Below the pieces are notes generated by a model. That model saw nothing but the letters and a program-made list of their open reading frames with translations. It had not been told where the DNA came from and made no database searches. From Octopus vulgaris (Eukaryota), in NCBI GenBank assembly GCA_951406725.2, contig OX597835.1, positions 1,364,001-1,428,000 of the forward strand: 64,000 nt of DNA, in the 5' to 3' direction. Shown here piece by piece: positions 60,487 to 64,000 of this stretch; positions within the stretch are counted from its first letter, which is position 1, and each line of letters opens with the position of its first letter. A program made the position numbers and the translations under genes.

Positions 60487-61674
60487 GTTGATCCAAACAA
60501 GAAAGCACAAAAAAACACAACGCGAGGACGTGGAACAAATATAGTATTATTGGTTGCTATATATATATGTATATATCTGTATATACGTACATGTGTGTAT
60601 ATATGTACATTGTATATATATGTATGTTAGTGTATGTGTACATATATGTGCGTACATCTGTGTATATATGTATGTATCTGTATATATCTGTGTGTATGTA
60701 TGTATCTGTATATATATATATACGTATCTACGCATGTACGTATTTGTACATATATGTACGTATCTGTGTATGCATTTACGTATGTATGTATGTATCTGTA
60801 TAAATGTGCGTATTTGTGTGTGTGTGCACGTACCTGCATGCATATACGTGTGTGTATATATATGTACTATTTGTGTCTATACATGTGATATACATATAGC
60901 TATACATGCACACACACATATATGCACATTTGTGTGTGTGTGTATATATATATATATGTGTACACGTCTTTTTATACACATGTATATATAGCTATATATA
61001 TACACACGCACGCACAAATGTTGACCCATTTGGTGTGCGCTGTTGGTTCACCTGGTTTTGTGGAGCGAAGGACGTCTCGTTTCCTCTTTCGAAGGCATCT
61101 GCCTCCGCCTTCAGCTGATTTATAATTAATTTTGTAGGAGGGACTAGAATATTGTAGTACATGGAGCGGATGGTACATTTGATACAATATTATGGGGGCC
61201 ACTTGTATGTATGTATATGGGTATGTGTGTGTGTGTGTATATGGGTATGTGTATATATGCATGTGTATATGTGTGTGTGTGTATATATATATGTATATAT
61301 GAATGTGCATATGTGTATGTATATATGTGTGTGTGTGTGTGTATATGTATATATGAATGTGCATGTGTGTATGTATATATGAATGTGTGCATATGTGTAT
61401 GTATATATGAATGTGTTTATGTATATATAGATGTATATACGGATATATGTGTGAATTTGTATGTCTGCATGTATGTGTGTATGGTTGGAATTTACAATAA
61501 AAAAAAAGACAAAAGCAGGTGTGTAAACGAGAAACAGGTGAATTCGTTTAACATTTGGGTAGGTGAGAAAGTCTTTTACATTTTGAGCCTATGCTATTCA
61601 ACAGAAAGGAACATGAGTAAATAAACCCAATAAAAAAAGGTTTAGTGGCTAGTGGGGAATCCTGCATATATATG

Positions 61675-62228
61675 TAACCAGCCCCCTTACGTGTACCTTT
61701 CCTTTGTTGGACACTAAAGTCTGCTTGCAAAGACCTGTTGGGGCAAGTGAAATCGAAATCAAATTCGATGACTGGCATCCGTGCTAGTGGATTGCTAAGA
61801 GCACCATCTCTGAGTGTGATCGTTGCCAGAGCAGCTGACTGGCTTCCGTTCCAGTGGCATGTGAAAAACATTCAAGCGAGGACGTTACCAGTGCTGCAGG
61901 ACTGGCTCCTGTGCAGGTGGCACGTAAGAAACACCATTTGAGCAAGGTCATTGCCAGTGCCGCTAGAGTGGCTCCTGTGCAGCTGGCATATAAAAAGCAC
62001 CATTTGAGTGTGGCCGTTGCCAATACCTCCTGAATGGCACTTGTGCTGGTAGCGTGTAAAAGCATCCACTGCACTCTCAGAATTGTTGGCGTCAGGAAGG
62101 GCATCCAGCTGTAGAATCTCTGCCAGATTGGATTGAAGCCTGGGGCAGCCATCTGGTTCGCCAGTTCTTAGTCAAATCATCAAACCCATGCCAGCATGGA
62201 AAGTGGACATTAAACGAGCCATGATGAC
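61675..62228 (+). repeat. RTE 3' tail with internal unit array
   Basis: Homologous to 58580-59100 and 9795-10090. Confidence 0.8.
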
Positions 62229-62808
62229 GTGTATATGCATATATATATGCATGTGTATATGTATGTAAGTACAAGGGTCGGACAAACTAGTTGAAACACC
62301 CAGCATAATGGTATCATAATTTTGAAATATCGATAAAACTGTCAAAAGCTTGTTTACTTTTATGTCTTGATTTATTATTAGTAGTGTTTATACGTATAGA
62401 TATGTATACCTATAGGCACGTATAAGCATGCATATAGGTACTTGTGCGTGTGTATATGTATAGACTTGTGTATATATATATATATACACATGGGCGAGAG
62501 TCTTTTTCTATAGCCTTAGGTTGACAAAAGCCTTGTGAGTCGATTTGGTAGGTGGAAAAAGAGAGAAGCCCGTTGTATATATGTGTGTGTGTGTTTGTCC
62601 CCACACCATCACTTGACAACTGATGTTGGTGTGTTTACTTCCCATAACTTAGCGGTTCAACTTAAGAGACCAATGCAATAGGTACTGCGCTTACAAAGAA
62701 TAAGTTCTCAAGTCGATTTGCTCAACTAAAGGCGGTGCTAGAGCATGGACGCAGTCAAATGACTAAAACAAATTGAAGAATGTATATATGTGTATATATG
62801 TACATTTC

Positions 62809-62852
<44 letters not shown>

Positions 62853-62856
<4 letters not shown>

Positions 62857-63636
62857 TTTGATACTTTGATAGGTTTCGGCCATTATTGGCCCAGGCCATG
62901 TCTAACTTAATAGCACCACCTGGTGAAGTCTTTCAAGTCAGAATTTGGGCACTATGGCCCACTCAAGTAGAGAGTTATTGTTTACAGAGACATATCCGGG
63001 TGTAGGGGGTTTATCCGGGATTTCTTGAAGGAATCTGTCCAAAGACTTCTTGAACCCTATAGGGTCAGTTTCTGTTTTAATGTGTTTTGTTGTAATGTTA
63101 AAGAGAGCGGGGCCAATTGAGGTGAAATAATTGTGCCGTATTGTTATGAGATGAGAGTGCGATTTTTGTTTTGGGCGGATGGCACGGGGCCCAAGCCTTG
63201 GATGTACCTTAAAGGTGATGCCAACATCATTTGGGCAATGCTGATGGAATATTTTCCACATCATGCAGATGATGTAGCGCTCACGACGACGTTGGAGAGA
63301 ATAGAGTTTTAGCTTTTCTAGTCGACCACAATAGTCGAGGCCTGTCATGCCATCTATCTTTTTTGTGATTGCCCTTTGAGGTGCTTCAACTTTTATGATA
63401 CTTTGTTTTGTATGGGGAGACCACAGTGGACAACAGTATTCAAGGTGGGGTCGGGCAAAAGTGAAGAAGAGAAGGATAATGGTGTGGATATCTCTCGACT
63501 GGAAAGTTCTGAGAATCCAGGAACACATTCTGCGGGCCATGTCAACTTTGGTGTTTATATGAGTGGCCCAGCTTATGTTGTTGTCCACAATTACTCCCAA
63601 GTCTCTGATGTTGTTGGACGCTGCGAGAGTTTCACC
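62853..63636 (-). mobile_element. CR1-group LINE, 5'-truncated, with open C-terminal ORF2 (62938-63600) and (ATCAAAGT)n tail
   Basis: RDLGVIVDNNISW...RPHLEYCCPLWSP...LKLYSLQRRRER...IPDKP; 8-bp tandem tail at 62853-62870. Confidence 0.9.
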
Positions 63637-64000
63637 ATATGTGTGTTTATGTGTATATGTGTGTGTTTATGTGTATATGTGTGTGTTTATGTATATATAT
63701 ATATGTGTATATGTATGTATATGTGTGTGTTTATGTGTATATATATGTGTACATGTATGTATATGTGTGTGTTTATGTATATATATGTGTATATGTATGT
63801 CTATGTATATGCATGTATGTATATATATATATGTGTGTATGTATGTGTATATTGTATATGTGTATGCATGTATGTATATATATATGTGTGTATGTATGTG
63901 TATATGTATGTATATATATGTATATATACATGTGTGTGTATATATGTACATATATGTGTATGTATGTGTGTGTATATATGTACATATATGTGTATGTATG

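Noticed and set aside
57232-61624. Many overlapping YIYI/CVCV/HTHT ORFs
   Set aside because: Artefacts of stop-free alternating dinucleotide repeats.

Overview
Repeat-rich, AT-rich animal genomic DNA. The SINE/LINE repertoire and dense (TA)n/(TG)n tracts suggest an octopus or other coleoid cephalopod (inference). The window holds a complete 18-exon cullin-5 gene (+, 4828-39558, 778 aa, all introns GT-AG, frame continuous). It also holds the first coding exon of a divergent prefoldin-3/VBP1 gene (-, 4723-4785), whose start codon is only 42 nt from the CUL5 ATG, with a TCTCGCGAGA palindrome between them. The rest is mostly decayed transposons: Merlin, Tc1/mariner, hAT and piggyBac MITEs, Gypsy, RTE and CR1-type LINEs, several tRNA-derived SINE families, and Penelope-like elements with hammerhead ribozyme motifs. 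Other features are a U6 pseudogene abutting a SINE, a structured island in the probable CUL5 3' UTR, and a CpG-enriched, transposon-poor region (~51.3-55.4 kb) that probably marks another promoter. Repeat boundaries are approximate and no database searches were run.
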